From assembly GCF_006345805.1 (NCBI RefSeq), contig NC_043001.1:6572001-6636000 (forward strand): a stretch of DNA of 64,000 bases, in the 5' to 3' direction. The first letter of the stretch is position 1, and each line of letters begins with the position of its first letter. The notes beneath the pieces are model-generated. The model had not been told where the DNA came from and made no database searches. It was given only the letters and a program-made list of their open reading frames with translations. The DNA comes from Octopus sinensis (Eukaryota). Below, piece by piece: positions 23,136 to 37,193 of this stretch. Both the position numbers and the translations under genes were made by a program.

Positions 23136-24549
23136 TACTTCGGAGGGTAATTTTCCAGTTGCAATCCCATGGTCATGCACGACCGAAGGAGGTTCGACAC
23201 TTTTTCTCCAGGTTATTGGTCTTTTTTTCACAATGCCTAAGGAAAATATCAAAACACACACACAAGTTCCATGATAGAAAATTCAATAAAAAAGTACGAA
23301 TTTACGTGCGAAAGTTTGTAAATGAAGGCATATGTTCTACACAATGACAATAATACACCCACATGCTATATATTCAATTTACACAGCCCTGCTATTCGGT
23401 CAGTAATATATTGTAAACATCCGTTGTCATAAAATAAACTATCTCTTTATCAAAAGATATGATAGAAATAATAAACCTGAAAGAGAGTATTAAGCCAAAA
23501 ATCCAGATATAAATGTTATAAAAATGAGATTTTTATATAGCCTGCTATATCACCACAAAACATACCAAGCTTTTATATCCTATCTGCATTTAATGATTAG
23601 TATGAGCGAGCATAATAGCCAATAATCTAGGTATAGTAGATTTTTTAGACATCACTCAGTTTCTAAATAAAGCACAGGATTTCTTTTGTCCTGTTGAACG
23701 CGCAATGAAAACCGCTATTGCTTCTAACAGATCAAAAGAAATAAAACAAAATTTAAACGATTAAATACAAATCATTTACTTTGAAATTTACAGAAGTTTA
23801 GTTAAAAATATTTTAGCCAAGTTTCTATACACTTCTACACTTCTCCCAAATAGAAAAGCTAATAAAAGCTCACTGGAATTTTGGTATGGAGACTGAACTA
23901 TAAAAATATTTCGACATTCATTATTCTGATAAATAACACACATTTACTTTGTGCCTTTCATATATACTAAAGCTAACAATTTTGTGCACTTTTGCCTGGT
24001 TAAATATCATAAATCTGTTTCACCCACATCATTAAATGCAATTCGAATCAAGGATCACATCGAAAATTTAAATTTTGAAACATTTTCAAGAAATAATTTG
24101 GTAAAATATTAAAAGTAACATAACAAAACAATTTACATATTTTCATAATTTTAAAGCAACTCCATATTTGAATTCTATCCTTGTTGCTGATCATAAATTC
24201 TTAGTTATGCATATACATGCTATATAATATAAATTCACTTCTATCCTAACTTTCGGAAATTTGGAAAAGAATTCCAGATTTGGTCCTTGTTGGTATGAAA
24301 TAATTATCTGTTAATGATAACATTTTATTATTGTATCTGCACTGTATTAACCGAGTTTATGCCAACCAAATATATTGTGTCGAAATTTCTCATTCCCAGA
24401 ACGGTATTATTGCATTTTGTCGTTGAACATATCGTATTTATTGTATAGTAAACTACTCTATCATTAGCAACATAATATATATTCGAATAAAATCATGTGT
24501 CAGCAGATGTATTTATACTTTGTTTTATACACCAAAGATTTCTAATTTA

Positions 24550-24665
24550 GTACTCTAGGCACAAAGCTCAACCTCGGTTGAATTTGAACTCAGAACGTAA
24601 AGACAGACGAAATACGGCTAAGCATTTTGCCCAGCGTTTTCACGTTTCTATCAGCTCGCCGCCTT
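24550..24665 (-). mobile_element. Meta-like SINE fragment
   Basis: AATTTGAACTCAGAACGT..GACGAAATACGGCTAAGCATTT..CAGCTCGCCGCC. Confidence 0.75.
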
Positions 24666-24836
24666 GTACTGTGTTGGAATTAAAGCCGTTCTTAAATCCA
24701 AGCAATATCAACAAACGGGTCACTGTTTCAGTAGCTGCATGTAATTGAACCACATTAATTAGCGACTCCAATATTTATGGCTAATCAATTTGTATATAAT
24801 CATCTATAATTCATTCGATCCTTCCTCAGTGATTTG

Positions 24837-25191
24837 TAACTTAATGAACTGGTATATTAATCGGAAAACTGTTCCACTATCGAACGGTTTCGCTAGAAAG
24901 CAAGATGAAAAGAAATGCATATGTGTGTCTCTATCTATTATCTATTTACCTAAATATAACATTGTATATCTGTGACTGCGTACGCGATGTTTTATGCGAT
25001 TATATATATATATATATATATATATATAATCGCATAAAACATCGCGTACGCAGTCACAGATATACAATGTTATATTTAGGTAAATAGATAATAGATAGAG
25101 ACAACATATGCATTTCTTTTCATCTTGCTTTCTAGCGAAACCGTTCGATAGTGGAACAGTTTTCCGATTAATATACCAGTTCATTAAGTTA
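24837..25191. repeat. Near-perfect 355-bp palindrome centred on (TA)n
   Basis: The ~165-bp left arm is the reverse complement of the right arm, apart from one 1-bp indel (ATATGTGTGTCTC vs ATATGTTGTCTC). Confidence 0.95.
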
Positions 25192-26314
25192 TATATATAT
25201 ATATCACAGATACATACTGACAGACAAACAAACCCCAAAAAGTATATACATACACACATACGTATATAAATTTATAAGCATATATATATTTACACATGCT
25301 TATACACATTTATATATATATATCCATATATACATATATACATACATATATACTCATAAATATACATACATATATACTCTCAAAAAAACATGTATATTTA
25401 ACATTATATATATGTTTCTTTATTTATTTATTTATTTAACATTATATAGGAGGATGTAAGTGTATATGAGTAAAATATTAAGAATGGTTTGAAAATATGT
25501 TAAAGTTTTATACATATATTTGTTTAAGTAAAGCGAGTTATATTTTTTAACGGAGGATGTAAACATTCATATGATAGATCTATACGTAGGAGAGTAAATA
25601 TAAAAATATTTTAACCTAACAAAAGTTTTTATACAAAAATGTTACTACAAAACTAGAAATATTAATGTATATTTTCGCAAGTTCAGTTTTACGCACACCC
25701 AGAAAAGAGAGAGAAACACCTATTACTAAAAAGTTTCCGTGTAGAAAAAAACTTTTCATATAAAAGAAAAGTTTAGGTGAATAAATTTTTGCGCATGATA
25801 TTGTTAAAAGAAGTTTTGCGGTAGGAAATAATCAAATTATACCTACCGGTGTTCTTTGTCCTTCAGCTTATGAAAGTTTGAAAGTGTATTTTTCAGAGCA
25901 TTTTAAAAATATTTGGTCTAAAATTTCATTGAAAAAATTCACAACGATATTCACCATTTTGTGTATTAAAATTTATTTACTTTTTATGTCTAACATCTGT
26001 GAAACTTTATTTGTACACATCAATGTTTTACGCACTAACTCACCTTTGGCTTGCAATTTTTCTTCAGTGCCTTACTACCTGTTGATAATTGTATTTCATT
26101 TATTTATCTAAACAATAATAAATTTCTCTCTCACACACACACACACACACACATACATACACAAACACACAGACACACACACACACACATACACACACAT
26201 ATATATATATACATATAAGAAGAAAATTAGGGAAAATCATGGGATTTTATCGTTCCTCGTATCATTTCTTATGTAACTTCTATAAATGTTTCTTGTTCCA
26301 CTTCTTGTCCCATT

Positions 26315-26436
26315 TCTTCTTCTTCTTCTTCTTCTTCTTCTTCTTCTTCTTCTTCTTCTTCTTCTTCTGCTTCTTCTTCTTCTTCTTCTTCTTCTTCTTC
26401 TTCTTCTTCGTCTTCGTATTATTATTATTATTATCA
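26315..26436. repeat. (TTC)n then (TTA)n microsatellites
   Basis: Direct reading. Confidence 0.95.
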
Positions 26437-28070
26437 TTCAGTAGCTTTATTTTTATAGCGTGCTTTCACTTCACTACCGAGCGCAGCTCTGTGTGCCTTA
26501 GGTATGTGTTGTGATTTGTTGTGATGTTCTGATGGTTATTGTATGGAAAGTGTTCTGCGTAGGATGTGTGCAGTGCCTAGTAGTGCAATTTTCTGTATGT
26601 TATGTGTTTGTAAGTCCTGGTGTTTTTGTTATGTATTTGTCTGAATATTTTTATATCATGCCTAAAGCACCTACTATGATAGGAATTGTTTCTGTTTTTA
26701 GACTCCACATTCTGGTTACCTCTATTTCCAGGTCTTTGTATTTTGAAAGTTTCTCCATTTCTTTTAGAGACACGTTGTCATCTGCCGGTATTGATACATC
26801 ATTTAGAAACCATTTTATTCTTCATGATCTCTTACAACTATATCTGGTCTGTTGGCCTTAATTTCTCTGTCTGTGTGTATTGGCATATCCCAAAGTATGG
26901 TTGCTTTCTCGTTTTCTGTGACCTTTTCTGGTGTGTGCCTATACCATCTTTTTTCTGTTGTTATTCCATAATGTTGGCATAGCTTCCAGTGTATGTAGGT
27001 TCCAACTCTGTCATGTCTGTGAATATATTCCTTCTTAGCCAGGACTGGGCAGCCAGAGATAATATGATTTGTTGTTTCTTGTCCATCTCCACATATTCTG
27101 CAGTTACTTGTTATATTTCTTTTCATTACATGTTTTTGGTAATTTCTGGTGGGGAGGCTTTGGTCTTGTGCTGCAATTAAAAACATTTCTGTCTCTGCTT
27201 TGAGTCCTGAGCTTCTCAACCATTGCTGGGATTTTTCTCTGTCTATTTCTTTTGCGTTTAGTTTAGTCTACTATTTGCCATGAAGGGGCTTTTCTTGCCA
27301 TCGTTTTATCATGGTTCGTTGCTGTTCTACTTTTAGTTTGGATTTCATTTGTTTTATAGCTTTTTTTGTTTCTTCTTCTTCTTTTCTTCTTCTTCTTCTT
27401 CTTCTTCTTCTTCTTCTTCTTCTTCTTCTTCATATTTATTAGGTGGTATGATTTCTTGTTTGTACTTGTCAGCTTCCTTAAATACTGAGAACAGTTTTTT
27501 GTTTTGCTCGTGTTTTACCGCTATTTGTTTTCCTTCCTTCTGAAGTAGATATTTTTGCAGTCCAATGGTGGTTATTTTATAGTAGTTTTCCAGCTGTATA
27601 AGTCCTCTACCACCTTCTATACGTTGTATATATAGTATCTCTATGTCAGATTTTGGGTGATGCATCCTAGATCCTGTCATTATTTTTCTTGTTTTCCTAT
27701 CTATTTTGGTCAGTTCATTTAGTGTCCAGTTAAGGATATTGTAGCTGTAACTTATAACTGGGACAGCTAAAGTGTTAATACCTATTATCGTGTTGTTAGC
27801 ATTGAGCTCTGTTTTTAGTATTGATCTAACTTGTCTATAATATTCTTTTATTATTTTCTCTTTCATTTGTGTGTGTTGTGTCTTATCTAATTCATGGATT
27901 CCTAAGTATTTGTAAGTTTGGCTTTGGTCTAATTCTTTTATTTCATTGGTTTTGTCTAGTGTGATGTTGCTACTCTTAACTAGTTTTCCTCTTTTCATGG
28001 TTACTTTGGCGCATTTTTCTAATCCAAATTTCATATCTATTTCTTTGTTAAATCCATAAACTCTCTAAAT
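26437..28070 (-). mobile_element. 5'-truncated R4/Dong-like LINE (diverged subfamily), flanked by (TAA)n on both sides
   Basis: ORF 27354-28034 (KFGLEKCA, YKYLGI, GGRGL), ORF 26815-27219 (CRICG..ETTNHIISGC, RPDIVVRD), then LIDVSIP..KYKDL in the next frame. (TTA)n lies at 26417-26434 and 28068-28180. Confidence 0.9.
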
Positions 28071-28089
28071 TATATTATTATTATTATTA

Positions 28090-28131
<42 letters not shown>

Positions 28132-28330
28132 TATTATTATTATTATTATTTATTATTATTATTATTATTTTTTATTATTTCAAAAGGATTGACGTAAATC
28201 CTCGTAAAGGTAAATAGATGATACACAGTGCACGATGCGATTGCAACAGATATCTTATTGATTGAACGATATTTCGATAGCTGGCTATCTATGCCGAGTT
28301 CAAAATTAACAGTGATACATAGAATTTCAA

Positions 28331-28380
<50 letters not shown>

Positions 28381-28382
<2 letters not shown>

Positions 28383-29660
28383 TGGCCTTTTCTCCATTTT
28401 TTAGGAGGGAGTAGTCCCAACAAGACAGACACCAGGCATTCCATTCACCTCCCACTTTAAATAGGTGCGCCCCGTTCTATGCTCGGGTCACAGTATTGAA
28501 CGCAACCACCACTATCAGCGGCGGGGTCCGACAGCATATGCTGGTTTACCCTTGCCGTATCATGCTGGTTTCGTAGCCATTTGAGCAACATCACGTTTCA
28601 CTCATCCGTCCGCAAAATCTCTCATTTATAAACTCTTTTGCTTTCCTCTCATTTATAAACTCCTTTGCCTCTCTCACTCCAATACCTCTAACCATTAAAG
28701 CTTTCTTCACTCCATCCATCCACACAAACCGATGTCTGCGTCTGGTTCTACTGCCTACCACTTCAATCTTCATCACCCTCCTTACCATCCGCCCCTCATC
28801 CATCCTCTTCATGCATCGAAACCACCTCATCATTCGTATATCCAATTCGGTATTTAGTTTTTCTATCATTCCTGCTCGTCTTCGTATCTCCTCATTCCTC
28901 ATCCTGTCCATCCGTGACACACCAACCATAACCCTCAGACATCTCATGTCAAACACAACTAGTCGCCGCTTTTCCGCCAATCTCAGTACCCACGTCTCTT
29001 CACCACATAACATTGATGGCACAATCAGGACCTCATACACAGACCCGTTCGTTTCATACTCAACCTTTTATTTCCAAGTATACCTTTCACAACTCCCTCA
29101 CACTATATCTCACGGCCTCAGCCGTCACATGTAACCCCAAATACTTAAAAACACACATCTCCTCTAAAATCCCACTATTTATACTCATATCCATCGTACG
29201 AGCTGTTCAATCACTCGAATATCTCGTCACCTTATTCTTAGCCACATTCACTTTCAGTTACCTCCTCTCACACTCTCTTCCAAACTCTACCACCGGTGTT
29301 CTCAGTTGCACTTCCGATTTCGCCACCGGTGCTGTATCATCAGCAAGCAACAACTGACTCACCTGCTATTTCTCTTCATTCTCTACCCCCTATTTGACTA
29401 CTCCTGCCAAGTGTTCTATCATTTACCTCTCTCACCACACCATCCATATATAAGTTTAACGGCCACTAAGACATTACAAAAACTTGTCTTAACCCCATTT
29501 TCACATCAAACCATTCACTTTCTTCACCGCGCACCTTAAAGCACGCCCTACTTTCCCTATACAGATTATAGAACTTCAAATTCAGAATTTTAACGCGAGC
29601 TACCAGCATTCCCACTAATTCTATTCCCTGCTTTACAGTACTTGGCAGAGAACACATTCA
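28381..29660 (-). mobile_element. 5'-truncated RTE-clade LINE
   Basis: RT segment SEWFDVKMGLRQ..VMS (29466-29657), an LLLADDT-like motif, and C-terminal ETW..FDMRCLR..RMDR.RNEEIRRR..RWF..RM...R (28591-29040), typical of RTE ORF2. Confidence 0.85.
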
Positions 29661-30818
29661 AAGCGAAGGTGAAAGTTACCATCTGATTAACCAATGGTAT
29701 TATATCATCTGCAAACATCACCTGGCCGATCCTTCCCCCAAAGAATGCTCGTGTCTGTGTATTTCTTACACATTATGAAACACAGAGACGGGTATATACA
29801 GCTTTGACAAAGACCAACAAAAAACGTTATTTAAATAGTTTCCGAGATTTAGATTCATAAGACTCAAGATAGGGAAATTACACGAGTTCCAGGCAAGTGT
29901 TCCGAAAGCGAAACAGCGATGGTATGGAAATAACATTCTTAAGGCTGAAACATTCATGCTTTTGAGCAAATATTCTGTTTGAACATTTCTAAAAGACAAA
30001 CGAAGCTGGAAGAGAAGCACACCCCAACACCAAAAAAATTCATTTTTTGAATTCAATCTTATGACATTGAATGTCTAATTCAATAAGTCAATAAATGAAT
30101 TTGTAAATAAAAATTTTGTAATTTTATGTAATTAACATCGAAATGTATATGAGGGATAACTCTAATTACTTTTTATTTCCGTTTTCAGTGAATGTAAATC
30201 TCCGATAAAAACGATTTTATATCATATTAATACTCTGCACCGATACAGTTCTTAATACTTGTTTGGGTTAAATTGTGATTATTTCGACAGTGTTTATCAA
30301 GAGATACATCATCATCGTCGTACATAAATGGAAAAGCTTTCTAACGATTATGTCAAATGATTATGTTGAACATTTTATTCAGTAAAAATATTCCAGAAAA
30401 TATGTTTGTTGGAATTTATCAATGAATTTATATGAAAGTTGTGCAATTAATGTCAAAATGTTTACAAGAATTTACAAAATGTACAAAGATAATAAAAATT
30501 TAACATTGCATCTTCTACGACATCGACCAATTCATAAGGCGAATGTGTAATCGTTATAACAACATTTCAACTGAGTGTAAATAAAATACACCTGGATTTT
30601 AATCCAGCGATTTATACGTTATTTACTTTAAATGTATTTATGGTGAAATTCTTTTAATCGCAACAGCTACGTTCACTTCATATTTATCAGATTTAATTGG
30701 ATATATTTTTTTATCTCCAAATGATAACATGCAATAAAGCACATGAATATACGTACACTGCAACGCAGACATTTATGTATAAATCTATACTTATACATAC
30801 ATACATACATACACACAT

Positions 30819-30850
<32 letters not shown>

Positions 30851-31056
30851 GCTATACACAGATATATATGTGTGTAATTATACATATGTGGTTATATAAA
30901 TATCGACTGCGCACACGCACATATTTATTTATATATCTATCTACACACCCACATATACATACATACATGCATACATACATACACACACACACACATACAC
31001 ATACACACACATATATATATATATACATATGCATATATATATATATATATATATAT

Positions 31057-31111
<55 letters not shown>

Positions 31112-32030
31112 AATCCCCTCGAAATATATATCTCCGTTTCTAAATTCGATCGCGAAGTAAGTAAACATCGGGTTGAAAACATGGTTTGGATAGGAAAATG
31201 GAATGCTGCCCTTTGACCTCGAAACGAGGTATCTGGTAAACTTGAAAGGTCTACCACCACCGTACCAATGCAATACTAGGAGTTTATCGAGACATTTTAG
31301 TGACTTTATTCTAACCTCCGATAATTGTATTTTGTCGCCGACCATGTAACCACTCATGTTTTCTTTCTCAAAACTATCTCTTGTTCTTCCTTTTACTCTT
31401 CTCTGGTCTTTCCTCCACTATCCAACCATAATGATACGTGATATTTTGCCGTTTAAGTTCCCAGATGAACTTTAACTTACAGTCAAAGCATTATATTCAG
31501 GGAGTACGTTTATATGATTGCTATTCTTTTTTACTTATGAAGTCTTTCCGTTTGTCATACTCACGCACGCCCATAGACACACAGACACATATGCAAGCGC
31601 AAATATATGCGTGTGTGTATAGTATTAATACAATAGAAGATGGAATGTGTAATAGACTTCATGGGGTAGAAAGCGTTTCGACCCGTCCTGGGTCTATTCA
31701 GGTACATAAATAACAACTATCACTAGAGATTTCTTGAGTCGGTTTACGTAACGCTATATTTCCATCGATTTCGAGAATGAGTAAAATCAGAGAAAAATTA
31801 TAGAAGCACAACATTTCAAATGTGAACGTGGAAAGTATACATTCAAGTTTAGACAAAATGACATAACCAGCTTTCACTGTTGTAAATGTTAAGAGAAAGA
31901 AAAGGATGTAGAAGTTGAAAGGAAGATAATATTTAGACGCAAATCTTTTTTTGTTTATACTTAGACGCATATATATATATATATATATATATATGTCTAA
32001 ATATATATACATACACAGATATATATATAG

Positions 32031-32062
<32 letters not shown>

Positions 32063-32158
32063 GTACATATACATACATGCACACACACGTACACACACAT
32101 ATACGTACACATGTGCATATACACACATACATATATATATAAATATATACATGTACTG

Positions 32159-32177
32159 GCAATTTAGATCTGCATAC

Positions 32178-32243
<66 letters not shown>

Positions 32244-32263
32244 CGTATGCAGATCTATATTGC
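32159..32263. repeat. (TA)n-centred fold-back with 22-bp unique arms
   Basis: GCAATTTAGATCTGCATACGTA (32159-32180) vs TACGTATGCAGATCTATATTGC (32242-32263), one mismatch. Confidence 0.85.
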
Positions 32264-32289
32264 TAGATCATATGTCCAATTTAGTAATT

Positions 32290-33600
32290 CGAATACAGTT
32301 CCGCATGTTCAGGTGATTTAAGAATCGTGGGCGCGATGTATACATCAAGTGATATATGGTCAGGTTTGTAATATGTGAATGTAGGTTTAGCTCCGTGTAG
32401 GCATCTGGATAATTGCTCAATAAATTTCTACATATTGCGCTCCTTGGAGCATATCTGGTATTTCCGTGATATAGTGTTGTAGGGACTCGCGTGTCTAATT
32501 ATGGACCATATAATGTCGTATTTGGTCTCGCTTCGTTAAGCCTCCAGATAAAATCTGCCAGCGATGTTACATGTCATTTAAAGATATTTCGAAAGCTGGC
32601 GATGTGGTTGTGGTTTTGAGTTTTGAGTTATTTTAAATCGGCCTTCTCTAGTGTTTATAGTACACTTGTATACCACGTTGTTAGTCATGCATTAGTTATC
32701 CAAAAGACAATTGGATCTATCGCCGTTTGATATTTTTGGCTTGTGTACATCGAGCGTTGGAAGGATTGGCTGTGCTCGGTATTTTGGTTTTCAATATTAT
32801 CCTTTTATTATCACTTGGTGTTCTCGATCTATTATTTGAATTGTTGCTAGTGTTATTCTTTGGATGGTTATCACTGATATTGTAATTATTGCTCTGCTGG
32901 TTGGTCGTATGAGTTACGTTTGATGTCGAGAAGGCAATTTTCAGAGCTAATATTCGCCTTAGTTTACGGTTGTTAATCCTATGAATATGTTGTTCAAAGT
33001 CTTGATGCATATATAGTTATTTGCATCGGAGAGTTTTATAGTGTGACGGTTGAATATTTTGTTGTACACTCCACTTTTAGGGAAGCAGCGGTCAAGTGTG
33101 GTGAAAAATTGTTTCACTGTCTCAGATAAGGAACCCCAAATGACGTCATGATTTTTATATTTTCGGTAAGGTCTCTTTGTCTGAGAGTCTGGAGTGGCAA
33201 TTGGATTTAATTTGTTGTATTTTACAAGTTTTCCCTAACATATGGTTGATTCTAATGTGCCTGGGTTTGGGTTAGTTTTATCTTATGGTTTGGGATTGTA
33301 TTATGTTTAGTTTGTGACGTTGTGTGTTTAGTTATTTTTGTGTTTGGTAAGGCTGTTATAATGAGCCGTATTATTACTTTATTATTACATGTATATCATT
33401 TATTTATATCGCTTTTCTTCTCTACTATGTCAGGCCTCACTTTCTTTAGCTTTTTGCCGAAGTTCGTCTTGAAGTTTCAGTGAAGCATTCTTTCTAAAGC
33501 CAGATAACATCGAATTCTTCATATCTTGCGGCGACTATATTAGGGATCAATAAATCTAGCTAGCGAGAACGAATGTTGGCAATAGGACCAGCATATATCC
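32290..33600 (-). mobile_element. Decayed Penelope-like element (RT C-terminus + GIY-YIG endonuclease)
   Basis: Minus-strand fragments VIW...KQFFTTLDRCFPKSGVYNKIFNRHTIKLS (~33040-33150), MTNNVVYKCTIN (~32660-32690), TSLADFIWRL and YDIIWSIIRHASPYN...IC (~32440-32570) follow the PLE layout. Confidence 0.75.
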
Positions 33601-34151
33601 CTTTCCCTTGTTACGAAGGATCTTAGAATCAAACCCCACGTTCCCCTGCTCATTGTCATCGTTGGATTACGCACACGAAACGTCATTACTTATGTGGAGT
33701 GCCAGGTCATGCCTCCACTACGACGCCGATGTTGCTGCGACACGATCAGGAGGAAATAGAATTTTATATTTCATAACAGAGGAGGAATTTATGAGTATGA
33801 AAACAAAATATCATTTGAAATGTATCATTATATATATATTTTTTTACGAAATCCACTATCACGAATGTCTGAGAAGAACCGGTTGTGATCTTCTGAACGT
33901 TGCTTTTTTAGTGACAGAAATTATTGTGACATCGAAAGCATACAAAATATTACTAGTTTTATCATTTCGTAAAGGAGAAAAAAATAGTTATAGTTTTCAA
34001 TATTGCCGCAATGCTTCTTACTAAATGTTAAGAAAATGTTAACAACGTGGTTAGGCAAAATAAACTGTATAAGCGATTGACATAGTCTTATGCAAATGTT
34101 TGAGTTCGAGAATAATATTGCGGCTGCGTATGAAATACTTAACTTTTCGGT

Positions 34152-34372
34152 GGAGGCGCGTGGTTTAGTGGTTAGGGTGTCAGCATCATGATCGTAAGAT
34201 TGTGGTTTCGATTCCTGGACCAGGCGATGTGTCGTGTTCTTGAGCAAAACACTTCATTTCACGTTGCTCCAGTCCACTCAGCTGGCAAAAATGAGTAACG
34301 CTGGAGAACACATACGCCACAGAAATCGGGAAACCGGGCCCATGAGCCTGGCTAGGCTTTAAAAAGGGCGCA
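34152..34372 (+). mobile_element. tRNA-derived SINE with RTE-like tail
   Basis: GGAGGCGCGTGGTTTAGTGGTTAGGG...GGTTTCGATTCC head; tail GGGCCCATGAGCCTGGCTAGGCTTTAAAAAGGGCGCAT. Confidence 0.75.
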
Positions 34373-34377
34373 TTAAT

Positions 34378-34612
34378 GGCGGCGAGCTGGCAGAAACGTT
34401 AGCACGCAGGGCAAAATGCGTAGCCGTATTTCGTATGCCGTTACGCTCTGAGTTCAAATTCCGCCGAGGTCGACTTTGTCTTTCATCCTTTCGGGGTCGA
34501 TAAATTAAGTACCAGTTTCGCACTGGGGTCGATGTAATCGACTTAATCCCTTTGTCTGTTCTTGTTTGTCCCCTCTATGTTTAGCCCCTTGTGGACAGTA
34601 AAGAAATATATA
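34378..34612 (+). mobile_element. Meta-like tRNA-SINE, full length
   Basis: GGCGGCGAGCTGGCAGAAACGTTAGC...GAGTTCAAATTCC...CTTTCATCCTTTCGGGGTCGATAAA...CAGTAAAGAAATA. ATTAAT(GG) on both flanks suggests a TSD. Confidence 0.9.
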
Positions 34613-35374
34613 TTAATGGTACGTTGTTATTTCAGTTGTTTATTAATAAGAATTATTTCATACTATTTGTATTTTATCAAAGCAGAATGATTTCTTTGAA
34701 AATCTAGAAATATTCAGTACCGTGATTATTGGGTTACATTTCATGATTTAGATATTCAAATCACATTTTCACACAAAGTTCTGTTCCAATCATAGAAACT
34801 TTTTATTAAATACATATACAAATCATATGCAGTATTTGAAAATATTCGCAAAATTATTTGATAAATTAATATTCAGAAAAATTTATTTCGGGGAAATATT
34901 TCACGCAAATTTGGAGCCAATTGTTCGGACCAAAGTAGGTAGAAGTCAAATGGTCACGTATTCCATCAACCAAAAACAAATTCTTCAGTGATAGTATTTA
35001 TTAGACAACTATATATTTCAATTATTGTCTCCGCTTTCGTATTGGCTGCAAGCAAATTGAAATTTGAGAACCAAATCTGAGCGCAGAAATCTTATTTCTT
35101 TTTGACAAGAAAGATAATGACAATGTTGGCATTCACCATGGGCCATACAAGCGTGAGAGATATGAACAAAGTTATCTCTCAATATAATTATTAATTTTAT
35201 ATCCAATAATAATGTTTTTACGGTTGGTTACTACGAGATCAAATTTCCCCTTTAAAAGTCAAAAATATAAATAGTATAACACAGGGAATTTTTTTTATTT
35301 TTTGCCTCTCTCGCATTTCGATATCAGATAAATAATTTCGCGTCTATTCATGTTTCAAATATTGTAAATCTTTA

Positions 35375-35520
35375 CGTTCTGAGTTCAAATTCCACCGAGG
35401 TCGACTTTGTCTTTACTCCTTTCGGAATCGATCAAATAAGTAGCCGTTAATCAATAGGGGCCATGTAAACGACTTACTCCCTCCTCGATTATTGCTGGGC
35501 TGGCCTTGCACCCAAATTTG
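35375..35520 (+). mobile_element. Meta-like SINE fragment
   Basis: TTACGTTCTGAGTTCAAATTCCACCGAGGTCGACTTTG... Confidence 0.7.
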
Positions 35521-35596
35521 AAACCGATATGGCCGAAAACATCACTATTTCAGTTCTATATTAAAGAGACGATGAATTATGTATATTATTTATTTA

Positions 35597-35842
35597 CATA
35601 TGGCGCTGTGGTAAAGAGCGCGGGAAAGATTCCGAGTTCGATACCAGGCAGTGACCTGAATACTAATACTACTACTACTAATAATAATAATAATAACATC
35701 GAAAAATACCTTAGGAATTAGAACCCAGGGTTCAAAATTTCCGCAAGACAACTGATAAAGGCTGGAACGTATATCAGCCGAAGCGTTGTGTTAACAAAAA
35801 ACAAGATGAGGACAAATATTCGTCAAATGTAAATAATGCACA
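35597..35842 (+). mobile_element. Uninterrupted tRNA-head/(AAT)n/hammerhead repeat (hammerhead core mutated)
   Basis: CATATGGCGCTGTGG (A box)...GAGTTCGATACC (B box), (ACT/AAT)n, AACATCGAAAAATACCTTAGG, GACAA CTGATAA A GGCTG..CAGCC GAAGCGTT GTGTT, tail GATGAGGACAAATATTCG. Confidence 0.85.
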
Positions 35843-36702
35843 TGATTATTTATTTACCAAAAAATATCCCTGTAGATTTATATTTTACGTAGACTTGTAT
35901 AGGTTTCCTGTTTTGAATAGTAGGTTAAAATGTCAGGAACTTGTCAAAACCAACCATATATCGCATAATTAACAATAAAACCAAACCCAATCAATATTTC
36001 AAATTTCAATACACTACTAAAATATTTTTAGATGTAATTAATATTTTGCTTATCTATTTCTTGCTCTTATTTATTTTATCATTCTCTAAGTTTTCTATAA
36101 ATTAATTAGAATAATTTAATTATTTTGATATTTGATATACGAAGCAACGCGTATATATATGTATATTCAGTTATAGGCATTCGCTTTCCTTATTCTAACT
36201 CGCTTCAATTCTAGTGTCTTTCATTTTGGTTTTATTTCATTTAAAAATAATTCATATTGTTTTCAATTGCCTTTTTATTCAACATTAATTGCATTCAAAT
36301 AAAGGAAATTATTCATATAAACTATGTTTACATTTATAATGTAATTAAAGTGTATTTTATGGCACCTAACCTCACATATATTACGATATTCAAAGAAATA
36401 TGTTTGATTGTAATGGCAATATTTGAAAAATATACTATACATCGTACCATTTACCAATGTGATGATAGATTACTGAATATCAAGATGAATACATCCAAAT
36501 TGGATTGTCCATGTGCATTAGCAATACTAACATTGCACACAAAATAATTTTTTCGTAGTGTTGGTCATACGTAATTAAAATCTCACAGATAATGTCTCTC
36601 ATTAAACCTGTTCATAAGAGGAATTTTGATATTTATCAAAGCCATCTTTGCACATTTTTATATATCTTATATATTCAATCCATTATGACTTATATATATA
36701 TA

Positions 36703-37118
36703 TACTCTTTTACTCTTTTACTCTTTTACTTGTTTCAGTCATTTGACTGCGGCCATGCTGGAGCACCACCTTTAGTCGAGCAAATCGACCCCGGGACTTA
36801 TTCTTTGTAAGCCCAGTACTTATTCTATCGGGTGTCTTTTGCTGAACCGCTAGTTACGAGGACGTAAACACACCAGCATCGGTTGTCAAGCGATGGTGGG
36901 GGGTCAAACACAGACACACAGCCATATACACACACATACATACATATATATACATATATACGACGGGCTTCTTTCAGTTTCCGTCTACCAAATCCACTCA
37001 CAAGGCTTTGGTCGGCCCGAGGCTATAGTAGAAGACACTTGCCCAAAGTGCCACGCAGTGGGACTGAACCCGGAACCATGTGGCTCGTAAGCTAGCTACT
37101 TACCACATAGCCACTCCT
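36703..37118 (-). mobile_element. CORE-like tRNA-SINE, full length
   Basis: High similarity to 11047-11457. Confidence 0.9.
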
Positions 37119-37140
37119 GATATATATATATATATATATA

Positions 37141-37193
<53 letters not shown>

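Noticed and set aside
32285-32320. CTGAACA...GAAT downstream of the Penelope EN (minus) as a decayed hammerhead
   Set aside because: The position is as expected, but the core and stems are too degenerate to support a call.
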